IMG/VR virus record: IMGVR_UViG_3300032266_000279
Coordinates: 1 to 26,319 of that record
Length of the DNA: 26,319 nt
Strand: one strand, 5' to 3'
Source: a virus
Lineage: Duplodnaviria; Caudoviricetes
The notes under the pieces were generated by a model that worked only from the letters and a program-made list of their open reading frames with translations, did no database searches and was not told where the DNA came from. The position numbers and the translations under genes are program-made. Below are positions 7,832 to 16,225 of the stretch, piece by piece (position 1 is the first letter of the stretch; every line of letters starts with the position of its first letter).

Positions 7832-8998
7832 TTAGGCAAAGCGATTCCAATAAGTTGCGTTTGTAGGATATGTTCCAGTGCTTTCGGCAACACAAACATA
7901 AGCTCCCACATCTCCCCCTCCACTCCCGTCGTAATATGCAACTTGAAATGGATAATAAGTTGTTCCACTGCTCCATGTTCCAGCCCAATCAAAGCCTTTT
8001 GCTAAAAGTTTCCATTTCGCATTTATTGGAGGAGGAGATTGACTTGGAGAACCTAAAATTAAAACATAACTTGATCCTTTGTAAGTAACTACATCATTTA
8101 CTAGGTATGTGGAAGTTCCAGCAATCCATTCTCCTTTGTATGTGAAAACACTTGATCCTTGCGGCCCCGGATCACCCTGTATTCCCTGTATTCCTTGCTC
8201 ACCCTGCGGGCCTTGAATTCCTTGCTCTCCTTGTGGACCTTGAATTCCTTGCTCACCCTGCGGACCTTGAATTCCTTGCTCTCCTTGCGGACCTTGTCCC
8301 CCCTGTCCTCCTTGCTCTCCTTGCGGGCCTTGCGGTCCTTGCGTTCCATTTGACGGTTCCCACTGATTGTTTGCTTGTGACCACGCAAGAACTTGTGTAT
8401 CGTTTGGTAATGTAGCTGCTACCGCTCGCAACTGCAACGATACCGCGTCGGCTGGCTGAGGTGCCCACCACGTCGGCGATGTTGCCGGATCGTTTCCCGT
8501 GTTGGAATTTTGGATGCAGATCCAAGTTTCCCGCTGCGAAGTTGCCACAAGGTCGCCCTCGGTGTATGTCGCGCCAGCCGCCCACGCACGCCCGCCGATG
8601 TCAGTGCCACCACCGCCGCCGCCCTCGCCCTTAAGTATCGCCCGCACGCTGACAGCCGCGCCCGCTGGCGGCGCCTCGCTAAACGTCAACGTGGTGCCCG
8701 CCACCGTCCACCCGCTAGGCTGGTCGATGCCGCCGACGCTGACGAGATACCCACCCGCGTCCGTGCCTGTGCCGCCCGCAATGGTGAACGCAACCGTCGA
8801 GCCGTCGCCCGTTCCAAGGTTGAGTGTCGTCCCCGCCGCAACAGGGATGCCGATGCGCACCACGCCGGGGTCAGCGCCTAGGTAGACGTTACCAGTGGTG
8901 GTGTTTACGGCTAACTCGCCCAATGTGAGCGAGGTAGGATAACCAGCGCCCGTTATGGCGTTGCGCTTGGGAACGACTGGAACGATTGCGTTGGACAT
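7832..8998 (-). CDS. Collagen-containing fibre protein with three CBM5/12-like repeats
   Basis: N-terminal '[13 protein letters not shown]' domain, a 'GDGSTVAF...[11 protein letters not shown]' domain, (Gxy)21, and three 'W..G.TY...' aromatic modules. Confidence 0.8.
   Translation of the reverse strand: MSNAIVPVVPKRNAITGAGYPTSLTLGELAVNTTTGNVYLGADPGVVRIGIPVAAGTTLNLGTGDGSTVAFTIAGGTGTDAGGYLVSVGGIDQPSGWTVAGTTLTFSEAPPAGAAVSVRAILKGEGGGGGGTDIGGRAWAAGATYTEGDLVATSQRETWICIQNSNTGNDPATSPTWWAPQPADAVSLQLRAVAATLPNDTQVLAWSQANNQWEPSNGTQGPQGPQGEQGGQGGQGPQGEQGIQGPQGEQGIQGPQGEQGIQGPQGEQGIQGIQGDPGPQGSSVFTYKGEWIAGTSTYLVNDVVTYKGSSYVLILGSPSQSPPPINAKWKLLAKGFDWAGTWSSGTTYYPFQVAYYDGSGGGDVGAYVCVAESTGTYPTNATYWNRFA
8156..8347 (-). 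repeat. Collagen-like tandem repeat, 27-nt GPQGEQGIQ units
   Basis: ccttgaattccttgctc recurs at 27-nt spacing. There are 21 Gly-X-Y triplets. Confidence 0.9.
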
Positions 8999-9001
8999 GG
9001 T

Positions 9002-9958
9002 TTAGTAAGTGCCGCCTGTGATCGTATCGATTGCGAGAATGCCAGAACCGTCGATTGCCAAGCCAGCGCCAACCTTAATGCCGCCGAGTTGCGACGTCGT
9101 AGCCGCTGGAAGCGTGTACGTGCCTTGGATAGCTGACAGGATGCCGCCAGCAGTGATCGAAAGATTAGCCCCAACGCTGATTGCTCCCAACTGCGCAGTC
9201 GTCGCAACTGGCAACTGCGAGCTAGTCAACACGCCTGCGCCGTTAAGCGTTGCAACGCCGTTAAGTGCTCCGAGTTGAGCCGTGGAGATTGCGCCAATAT
9301 TGGCGGGCGTCAGCGTAACGTTGCCGTTTACTGGGCCCACGCTGTTGACGCTGATGACCTCGGACGTTGCACCGTTAATCTTGTCCCAAGTGGTTCCGTT
9401 GAACGCAAGGATGTCTCCAGCGATAAACGATGTCTTGCCGTCGATGGCAGTGCCGACAGTCGCTGTGTTGGCTGCAACGTAGTAATCGCCAGTCTTAGCC
9501 GTGCCGCCACCAACAACGCCGCCGGATGCGATTACAGGCGCGGTGTTAACGGTCCATGCGCCTTTGAAATGCAACTGCCCGACAACGCTCGGAGGCAATT
9601 GCGCGACAGCAATGTAGCCCGAGCCGTCAAGCTGCGGGATGCCGCCAGCAATAGCGGACTGCGTTAGCCCGGGAATCTGCGAGGTAGCCAACGTTCCAAT
9701 CTGCGCCGAGCTAATCAGCCCCGCGCCAGTAAGCTGAGGAACGCCATTAGCCACTGCCAGCGTGGTGAGCTGCGACGTCTGCACGCTGCCCGCTGTAACG
9801 TCTACGGGAGCCGCTGCGTTGCCTTGGACAAATAACCGACCAGTGGCGGTGTTGACAGCGATTTCGCCCAACGTCATGCCCGTAAGAGCCGTTGGTGCTG
9901 CGGTTGACAGTGCGGTCGCGTTGATGCGCGGGACGATTGGGACAATTTGATTACTCAT
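9002..9958 (-). CDS. Fibre-like structural protein (318 aa)
   Basis: N-terminal 'MTLGEIAVNTATGRLF', repeated 'GVPQL/GIPQL/GVATL' and 'LP.ATT.QLG.I.VG..L.I...GIL' units. Ends TITGGTY. Confidence 0.78.
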   Translation of the reverse strand: MSNQIVPIVPRINATALSTAAPTALTGMTLGEIAVNTATGRLFVQGNAAAPVDVTAGSVQTSQLTTLAVANGVPQLTGAGLISSAQIGTLATSQIPGLTQSAIAGGIPQLDGSGYIAVAQLPPSVVGQLHFKGAWTVNTAPVIASGGVVGGGTAKTGDYYVAANTATVGTAIDGKTSFIAGDILAFNGTTWDKINGATSEVISVNSVGPVNGNVTLTPANIGAISTAQLGALNGVATLNGAGVLTSSQLPVATTAQLGAISVGANLSITAGGILSAIQGTYTLPAATTSQLGGIKVGAGLAIDGSGILAIDTITGGTY

Positions 9959-9964
9959 GGGTAA

Positions 9965-10168
9965 TTAGTAGGTGCCTGCGGTGGTAGTCATGGGCACCCA
10001 TTGAGTGCCGTTGTAAGTGAGAGTCTGGTGATTTGTCGGCGCAACGTCGGCGATTGGGACGCCCTGCAATGAGGTTGCGTCGGTGCCCGTGCCGCCCGAG
10101 CCAGGGAGCCCGGGAATGCCTGTTAGAATTTCGATAGCGACAATGCCGCATTCAGTTGAGCAGCTCAT
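9965..10168 (-). CDS. Small fibre adaptor-like protein (67 aa)
   Basis: Shares the 'LQG..I....PT..Q.L..NGTQW.P' module with the 776-aa fibre. Ends TTTAGTY. ATGA overlap upstream. Confidence 0.7.
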   Translation of the reverse strand: MSCSTECGIVAIEILTGIPGLPGSGGTGTDATSLQGVPIADVAPTNHQTLTYNGTQWVPMTTTAGTY

Positions 10169-10482
10169 TTGGTTATAGTTATGCGGCCAATAAGAAGCGC
10201 GAGCCTAAGCCCGTCCTCGATGCGCGTAGCCCACAGCCTTAGCGTCGCAGTCTGAGCGGTTAGCGTGCCCGTGATTGTGTGGCTTATAAAAATGCGAGCG
10301 GTGACATCGTCACAAATTTGGATCTGTGGAGTCGCCAGTGCCGAGCCATTAGCAGCCGTTAGCGTCGCGTCAAAATCGTATGGTGCTAGCGGCAGGTGCC
10401 CGCCCGAGTCGTCCTGTAAACGGAACCCCACAAACCAATCCGCGCCTATTGTCAGGCTTTGCGCTGTGCGTGCAGGCGTCAT
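10165..10482 (-). CDS. BppU-N-like small structural protein (105 aa, MTPARTAQSLTIGADW...)
   Basis: 'GADW...L.D..G..L.L..Y...A' and terminal 'LLIGRITIT' pattern. Start placed 15 nt after the TGCTTTAC motif. Confidence 0.65.
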   Translation of the reverse strand: MTPARTAQSLTIGADWFVGFRLQDDSGGHLPLAPYDFDATLTAANGSALATPQIQICDDVTARIFISHTITGTLTAQTATLRLWATRIEDGLRLALLIGRITITK

Positions 10483-10542
10483 ACTATTGGGGTGCGTGTA
10501 AAGCAGAATCGCAACAACCGCTAACCGCCTGCGCGTGTTGCG
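10483..10542 (-). promoter_or_regulatory. Hairpin + TGCTTTAC element, copy D
   Basis: Stem CGCAACA/TGTTGCG, motif at 10498-10505, 15 nt to ATG 10482. Confidence 0.6.
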
Positions 10543-10708
10543 GCCAAGCCCGCTCCCACCGAATTTCGTCCGTTGCCGATGGATGCGCCCCGATAGGACA
10601 CAGCGGAACGTCATCAAAAAGGCTACCAGTAGCCTTGCAGCCCTCGCGCTGGGAGCAAGTCTGGCAGACGCGGAAACGCTTGTCAATCAGCCAGCGAGGG
10701 AGGGTCAT
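10484..10708 (-). CDS. Small Cys-rich protein (74 aa)
   Basis: RFRVCQTC...C...CPIGAH. ATGA overlap with the upstream gene. Confidence 0.65.
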   Translation of the reverse strand: MTLPRWLIDKRFRVCQTCSQREGCKATGSLFDDVPLCPIGAHPSATDEIRWERAWPQHAQAVSGCCDSALHAPQ

Positions 10709-12090
10709 CGGTCTTCGTAAGTGATGGTGTAGGTAATAGTGGATTCAGCTGATCTTTGGAGAAATGGACCGTCATAACTCTTTGAAGCAGTAGACGTCGC
10801 TATTAATAACCCGTCATTAGCTGTAATTGTTGTCTTAAAATCAAACGGGTATAACATAAATCCCGCAGCAAATGGGACAAAAAACTCTGACATTTCTTCA
10901 AAGCCTGTTTGATAAGGAAAATACAACTGGTAAGGCATTACATCTTTACCCTTGTATATTTTTGAAATTGCGTCAATTAACTGCCCACATCCTTTTTGTT
11001 TGTTGTTAAAATATTCAAAAAGAAAAAACTGATCATAAAATTGATATAAAAATTGATCGGGAATTGGTAATGGATCTGGAAGTGGAGTCGGCGGGAATTT
11101 CTCCCAGTCATTAAATAAAAAATTTCCAAATTTATCAACTTGCTTCAGAGTGTCAGACTTTTTAATTGACCTTCCATAAGTGTCGTAATAAAGCCCGCCA
11201 TCTGGCGTGTACACGTCTGATATTTTTCTTCCAGAAAAAACACTAGGATTTCCGTAAATAATTGCTGTTCCAGATGTGTTGTCTGGAGCACCTGGAACAC
11301 TGTAAGTGGTCGACGTAGAGCATTGTATGTGATCAGTAGAATTTTGAGGATTTGTTAAATTAAAATTGATACCACACTGCGCTTGGCCTCCACAATTTAT
11401 TCCGCGCCCCCCGGCAATTTTTAAAAAATCTGTCCATTTTTTCTTTGTCTCAAATAATGTTGGAACAGTTCGTGGGTCTGCTTCTGGCTCAGGATCATTG
11501 GGCGCTTTTGGAAAATAAACAGGCATTGCCGCTGGCAAATATTGTGCTAGCCAATTTTGATAATCATCTTGAGATTCAAAAATAGTTTCATTTGGACTCA
11601 GAACAAATTGTTCTTTGTCTAAATTTGGAGGAATGTCAGTTTCTTTGTCTTTAAAATAATAAGGTCCCGTAATAGGTAAATTATTTAAAAGTGGAATAAA
11701 TGGTTGGCGAGAACGTAATTGGTCAATTAGCGGAACTGCCTCAGCAACGTCATATGGTTGATCTGCGTAATATTCTGGCGGAGGCGCATATCCTTGCCCT
11801 TGTCCCATACTCGGAAATGGGTATCCCGCCGAAAAATCCCGCCGGATAGCAGTATCTATATTTTTATGAGCCCAGCCTTCTGCTAATGTTGCTTTTTTTG
11901 CTGCTAAAAGTTTTGGGCAACTTAACTCTCGTTTTGTAAAATCAGTGAAAATCTCGCCTGCTTTCCATGTGCCAGCGTAGTTGTCCTCAATCCGTCGATC
12001 TGAAGTGGTCATGGTGGCTTTATAATCAAGGCTCACTTCAACCTTAAATTTTTTAAACAACAATCTGCCCTGACAGTTTTGCGCGTTCAT
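10705..12090 (-). CDS. AT-rich hypothetical protein in the tail-tip region (461 aa)
   Basis: Long ORF with ATGA overlaps on both sides. Pro/Tyr/Phe-rich and visibly lower GC than its neighbours. Confidence 0.8.
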   Translation of the reverse strand: MNAQNCQGRLLFKKFKVEVSLDYKATMTTSDRRIEDNYAGTWKAGEIFTDFTKRELSCPKLLAAKKATLAEGWAHKNIDTAIRRDFSAGYPFPSMGQGQGYAPPPEYYADQPYDVAEAVPLIDQLRSRQPFIPLLNNLPITGPYYFKDKETDIPPNLDKEQFVLSPNETIFESQDDYQNWLAQYLPAAMPVYFPKAPNDPEPEADPRTVPTLFETKKKWTDFLKIAGGRGINCGGQAQCGINFNLTNPQNSTDHIQCSTSTTYSVPGAPDNTSGTAIIYGNPSVFSGRKISDVYTPDGGLYYDTYGRSIKKSDTLKQVDKFGNFLFNDWEKFPPTPLPDPLPIPDQFLYQFYDQFFLFEYFNNKQKGCGQLIDAISKIYKGKDVMPYQLYFPYQTGFEEMSEFFVPFAAGFMLYPFDFKTTITANDGLLIATSTASKSYDGPFLQRSAESTITYTITYEDR

Positions 12091-12665
12091 GAACTAGGTG
12101 GCGAGTCCGGCGGCAACGCCAAATCACAAACGCTTGGGCTAGGTGCGCTGCATAAGTTTCTGATGTTTTGAATCTGATAACCGTCGACAGTTGTCGTAAA
12201 AATATACGCAATTGGATAGTAAGCGTAGGTCTCATCTGCCTCAGGAATGTCGTTTGAGATTTCAAACGAAACGCTCTGAATTGCCGTATCATCCTGCACA
12301 AAATCAACCTTCATGCAAACCCAACCGTCCGTCCAATCAATTGAAATTGGCGGATCATTCGTGGGCACCATTCCATCCGGAAGCACTGGAGGCATTCCGA
12401 CTAATCCCCAGGCGATGCTGATCGCCCACTCTTCGGGAGACTTATTGGCTTCCGTTACCAAAAAGGGACACACGGTTGCGCCTCCGCCGCCGCCACTTGT
12501 CGCCGACGGGATTGACAAACTCCATCCGCTCGGTGATTGGTTAAGCCTGTAACCCACGCCGCTGTTGGGTTTTAGTCGCGCCATCTCGTTGCGCAGTGCT
12601 TCGAGTTCAGCCCAGCCTACAGGACGCCCCCGCTGAAATGGTGTTGAGACGATTGGGCCAGCCAT
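12087..12665 (-). CDS. Putative tail tip / baseplate protein (192 aa)
   Basis: Position. N-terminal 'PFQRGRPV...LEALR' followed by a Gly linker and 'CPF'. Confidence 0.6.
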   Translation of the reverse strand: MAGPIVSTPFQRGRPVGWAELEALRNEMARLKPNSGVGYRLNQSPSGWSLSIPSATSGGGGGATVCPFLVTEANKSPEEWAISIAWGLVGMPPVLPDGMVPTNDPPISIDWTDGWVCMKVDFVQDDTAIQSVSFEISNDIPEADETYAYYPIAYIFTTTVDGYQIQNIRNLCSAPSPSVCDLALPPDSPPSS

Positions 12666-12669
12666 AAAA

Positions 12670-13350
12670 TTAATCGATCACTCCGTATAAGAAAGCATCC
12701 CATTTGCCCGCGGCGCTATCGCCAACCTTGCCTTGGCCATCCGAGCCCATCCATTCATAGGTGTTGCGCCATTTGGTTCCCTCTTGATTCCCCTTGGCTC
12801 CGCTCAAAATAAAGTTGCGTCCTCCAACCAATCCCTCACCAATGCCCGGAATGTTTTGCCACCCAGTATCAATTTGTCCGACTTTAGATTGATCAGGCGG
12901 TCCCTCTTCTAAAGCAGTGTTACGGAGCGTAATACGCGGCGCAAGATATGACTCAATACCAGCTCGCCAGCGTGGCCAAAATGATCCCGCAAATACCGTA
13001 TCTTGCTCAGTTTCTGGCCGCCAATCGGATGGCTTAAATTTGCCGTTAATTCCATTCTTTCGCCATTCGGCCCAATTGTTTTTGAGATCCTCAGGAAAAT
13101 CAGCAAACTTTGCGTGCGTCTCTAGCGGCTCGGTCGTTAGCGAGCTGTCAACGCTCCCTTGGTATTCTGGCGTTGACTGGTCGCCTCCAGCGTATTCTTC
13201 GACCAGCGTATAAACGCCGTCTGCGTGCGACAACCGCCACGAGCGCGCATCTTGCGACGGACTAAGTTCTTCAAACGCCTCTTGCGTTATGGTATGCGTC
13301 AGAATCTTCTGAACGTCCATCGTGGACTCGGTGCGTACTACTGTTGCCAT
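12670..13350 (-). CDS. Putative tail tip / hub protein (226 aa)
   Basis: Immediately follows the tape measure gene. Function inferred from synteny only. Confidence 0.6.
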   Translation of the reverse strand: MATVVRTESTMDVQKILTHTITQEAFEELSPSQDARSWRLSHADGVYTLVEEYAGGDQSTPEYQGSVDSSLTTEPLETHAKFADFPEDLKNNWAEWRKNGINGKFKPSDWRPETEQDTVFAGSFWPRWRAGIESYLAPRITLRNTALEEGPPDQSKVGQIDTGWQNIPGIGEGLVGGRNFILSGAKGNQEGTKWRNTYEWMGSDGQGKVGDSAAGKWDAFLYGVID

Positions 13351-13354
13351 AAAA

Positions 13355-14914
13355 TTAAGCTAAAGCTCCGTAAGGTGTGACCCCCATTTCGCGGGTTGTC
13401 AGCGCGGTCGCAATTACGCCTAGAAATTGATTTGACCGTTTTTGCTCGTCGAGTTGCTGTCGCGAATAGTCTATTGCCGCGCCTCCGATCATACTTCCCC
13501 CACCACCAACCTTTTGTAGGCTAGAAAGTTGATTTCCCATACTTGTAAATCCTCCTTCTTTTCTTGTAATGCCTTCAATGCCTAAGCCTGCGGGCTTTTC
13601 AGTCGTCAGCTTTTCACGAGTTGCCGTTTGCGTCTCGGTTGCCTGCGCTTTGAGTTTGTCGATCAAATCGCTAAATGCCGTGCTCTGCTCCATTTGCGGT
13701 GCAACCTCGGATGCCGTTTTTGCAGCGTTGGCAATGTTTGCGGCGGAGTCTGCGAGCTTTGGCAGTAACACCGCCGAGCCTGCGGACGTATTGCCAGCGC
13801 CTCGGGCAGATACTTCTGCGCCATAAGCCGCTGCGGCTTCAGATGCTTTTAACGCGCCTGCCCCAATCACTGGCACGTCTTTCCACATTGCAAGAATCTT
13901 GGCGATTCCGGTGACCATGAACCCGATAAACTGTTGCGCGATTCCCACAAGTGTTGTGAGTAGTCCCCCCCAGAAATCCAAGCTCGTAAATAATGAAAAT
14001 TCTTCCAGCCATAATTGCATGATTCCAGCAATCGCCGCCGATAACACCGACGAAAGTACGTTTACGGAGGCTATAAACGCCGCGTTAAGCGATTCCATTA
14101 CAAGCGTTCCCAGCGTGCCAGACGAAAACGCCTCCAACACAATAGCAACTACGCTGCCGATCTGCTGCCCAAGCCCCGATAAGTCAATGCCGTTGAATGC
14201 CTCCACCGCTGAAAGAATCATCGGGGCCACCTCGCTAGCCATCCCCACAAATAACCCTTGCAGTTTAGTTGCAGCCGTTCCTAAAACGTCTGTGATGCGA
14301 TCAAACACTCCGGCATTATCGCGCATCAATCGTGCTTGGTTGCCAACGGCTGCGGCTGCGTCATCAAGTCCCCCGGCGGCAAATAACGCTAATGCTCGGC
14401 CTCCGCTCTTGCCAAATATTTCCATCGCAATCGCTGCCTTCTGCGCAGGATTTTGGATTTTAGAAATAGCCTCTCCAACGGCCTGCAACTGCTCATCAGC
14501 GCCCATTCCTGACAATTCAGCCGCCGACAATCCGAGACGCTGGAATACCTCTGCTGCGGGCCCGCCAGCGGTTGCAGCGCCCACGATGGCTTTCTGCATT
14601 TTATTAATGACTGGCTGTACGTCCTCGGCACTCATGCCCGCCTGCTTAAAGGCAGTCTGAAGCACCATCAACTTGTCAATAGCAATACCCGTCTGCTCGC
14701 TAAGGTCAACGAGCGCCCCGCCAGCTTCCATTGCCGAGTACATTCCGGCTACAGCCGCGCCAGCCGCCGCCGCTGCCGCACTAAGGCCCGCCATGATTGC
14801 GCCGCCTGCAATGCTGCCGAGGGATGCGCCAAGTGACTTTACATCATTTGACGCTTTTTTGATGCCGTTACTAAAACCTGTGACATCGATATTTAATGCT
14901 GCTTCAAAAGCCAT
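13355..14914 (-). CDS. Tail tape measure protein (519 aa)
   Basis: Ala/Gly-rich and helical. 'LVDLSEQTGIAIDKL' and 'AAIAMEIFGKSG' are TMP-type motifs. Lies downstream of the chaperone. Confidence 0.9.
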   Translation of the reverse strand: MAFEAALNIDVTGFSNGIKKASNDVKSLGASLGSIAGGAIMAGLSAAAAAAGAAVAGMYSAMEAGGALVDLSEQTGIAIDKLMVLQTAFKQAGMSAEDVQPVINKMQKAIVGAATAGGPAAEVFQRLGLSAAELSGMGADEQLQAVGEAISKIQNPAQKAAIAMEIFGKSGGRALALFAAGGLDDAAAAVGNQARLMRDNAGVFDRITDVLGTAATKLQGLFVGMASEVAPMILSAVEAFNGIDLSGLGQQIGSVVAIVLEAFSSGTLGTLVMESLNAAFIASVNVLSSVLSAAIAGIMQLWLEEFSLFTSLDFWGGLLTTLVGIAQQFIGFMVTGIAKILAMWKDVPVIGAGALKASEAAAAYGAEVSARGAGNTSAGSAVLLPKLADSAANIANAAKTASEVAPQMEQSTAFSDLIDKLKAQATETQTATREKLTTEKPAGLGIEGITRKEGGFTSMGNQLSSLQKVGGGGSMIGGAAIDYSRQQLDEQKRSNQFLGVIATALTTREMGVTPYGALA

Positions 14915-14917
14915 AAA

Positions 14918-15631
14918 TTAACTCCTTTGCCCCCATTGAATTGCGCTTGGATCCACTTTACCTTTTGCCAGTGCCGCAATGATTTGCCTACGCATCGCGT
15001 CAGCCTGCCGCCCGAAAGCACGGTTTAGTACTTTTTGAATGTAGCTAGAGTCTGAATGATTGGAGGTGTTTTTTGCCTCAATCTTGAGTTTTGTGTCAGT
15101 AGTTGCAAATTTGTAACTGCCAGAATTTTTTGACTTCAGCCGTGCAATCCAGTCAGGATACTTTACCCCGAGCGCATCCGCTGCCGTAGCCCACCCTGCC
15201 GCTGTAACGCCGACGTGCTCAAGTAGCTTTGCGCGGACTTGCTCCAACTGCGACTTGAGTATCGGTCGCCTTTTGTCAACGTACGGCTTTTTGCTTGGTC
15301 GTTGTTGACGCTTGTACCAGGCTAACGCGGCAGAAACGCCACCGCTGGGGATTTGGATTTTGCGCTTGGCTAATTTCTCCAAACTTAACGCGTCTGAGAT
15401 CGGCAAAAATGCTTTGCCCGTGTCGCGTTTAATTGCTGCCTTTGCTGCTCGTAGCCCCTTCGCAAAAGACGTGTCTGACATTGGAGGAGTCAGCAAAAAG
15501 CATTTTGCCACAACGCCCTTGAATTGCTTTTGCGTCACTACAGACGCCTCGCGTTTACTCGTGCGCAGGACGTTGCTAAGCCACCGTTGAAACTGCTCTT
15601 GCTGGTAATTGACCCTAATCGTTGCACTCAT
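14918..15631 (-). CDS. Basic protein, possibly tail completion (gpZ/HK97 gp10-like)
   Basis: 237 aa, Lys/Arg-rich, 'LTPP' and 'VG.TAAGW' motifs. Assignment tentative. Confidence 0.5.
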   Translation of the reverse strand: MSATIRVNYQQEQFQRWLSNVLRTSKREASVVTQKQFKGVVAKCFLLTPPMSDTSFAKGLRAAKAAIKRDTGKAFLPISDALSLEKLAKRKIQIPSGGVSAALAWYKRQQRPSKKPYVDKRRPILKSQLEQVRAKLLEHVGVTAAGWATAADALGVKYPDWIARLKSKNSGSYKFATTDTKLKIEAKNTSNHSDSSYIQKVLNRAFGRQADAMRRQIIAALAKGKVDPSAIQWGQRS

Positions 15632-15854
15632 CGGCAGATATAGTTGAGCAGAAATCTAGCAGGCTCTTAAACTCTTCCACTGAGTTTTGCTTCGGTTTGA
15701 TAGTCCATGCCCCGTTCGCCCACAAAGACGCGTGAAGGTACCGCAGAGCGCGATGGTAAGGCAGCTCCCAAAGGATCTGATGCTCGGTGAATCCGTAATT
15801 TGTGGCCAGAGCGTAGACATAACTTTCGATTACGTCTGGCCGACAAAGTTTTTT
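15615..15854 (-). CDS. -1 frame extension of the tail chaperone (gpGT-like)
   Basis: Slippery A AAA AAC at 15854-15848. The -1 frame reads LCRPDVIESYVYALATNYGFTEHQILWELPYHRALRYLHASLWANGAWTIKP...ECND* (77 codons) and has no ATG of its own. Confidence 0.75.
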   Translation of the reverse strand, partial: KKLCRPDVIESYVYALATNYGFTEHQILWELPYHRALRYLHASLWANGAWTIKPKQNSVEEFKSLLDFCSTISADECND

Positions 15855-16225
15855 GGTGCGTCAGATTTTCCGTGTGATGGACGGTCAACCACTTCAACTG
15901 CATTTGCTTTTGCTTGGTCCGAGATTCGATGAATTTCTGCGACCATTTCAGACGTTGCTTCAATTGGAATTTCAAACCCAAACGCTCGCGCATCATCAAC
16001 AGCGGTGCCGTTGCGTAGTGCTTTGAGTACGTCGCCGAGTGGTTTAACGTGGATCCACGCAAACGCAATTAGCTGCTGCTCGGCCTCACCGGGATCTTTG
16101 CAGAGTTCGCCAGTCGTAAACATCGTCAGACCCATTTGTTCGCACGCGGCTTTGGATCCAAGCGTAAACGGACGGAACTGCATTCCGCCAATAGTTTTCT
16201 CACCGTCTAAAAAGTCGTTAATCAT
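15830..16225 (-). CDS. Tail assembly chaperone (gpG-like)
   Basis: 131 aa, 'MQFRPFTLG', located between the tube genes and the TMP, ends '...PKNF' at a slippery site. Confidence 0.75.
   Translation of the reverse strand: MINDFLDGEKTIGGMQFRPFTLGSKAACEQMGLTMFTTGELCKDPGEAEQQLIAFAWIHVKPLGDVLKALRNGTAVDDARAFGFEIPIEATSEMVAEIHRISDQAKANAVEVVDRPSHGKSDAPKNFVGQT

Noticed and set aside
8156-8347. 27-nt periodic repeat as a CRISPR array
   Set aside because: There are no unique spacers. It encodes in-frame Gly-X-Y collagen.
5492-12090. Diversity-generating retroelement acting on the fibres
   Set aside because: No reverse transcriptase and no template/variable repeat pair differing at adenines was seen in the window.
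15667-16068. 133-aa minus ORF overlapping the chaperone
   Set aside because: It is in the +1 frame and reads as non-protein-like. The -1 frame carries the gpT-like sequence.
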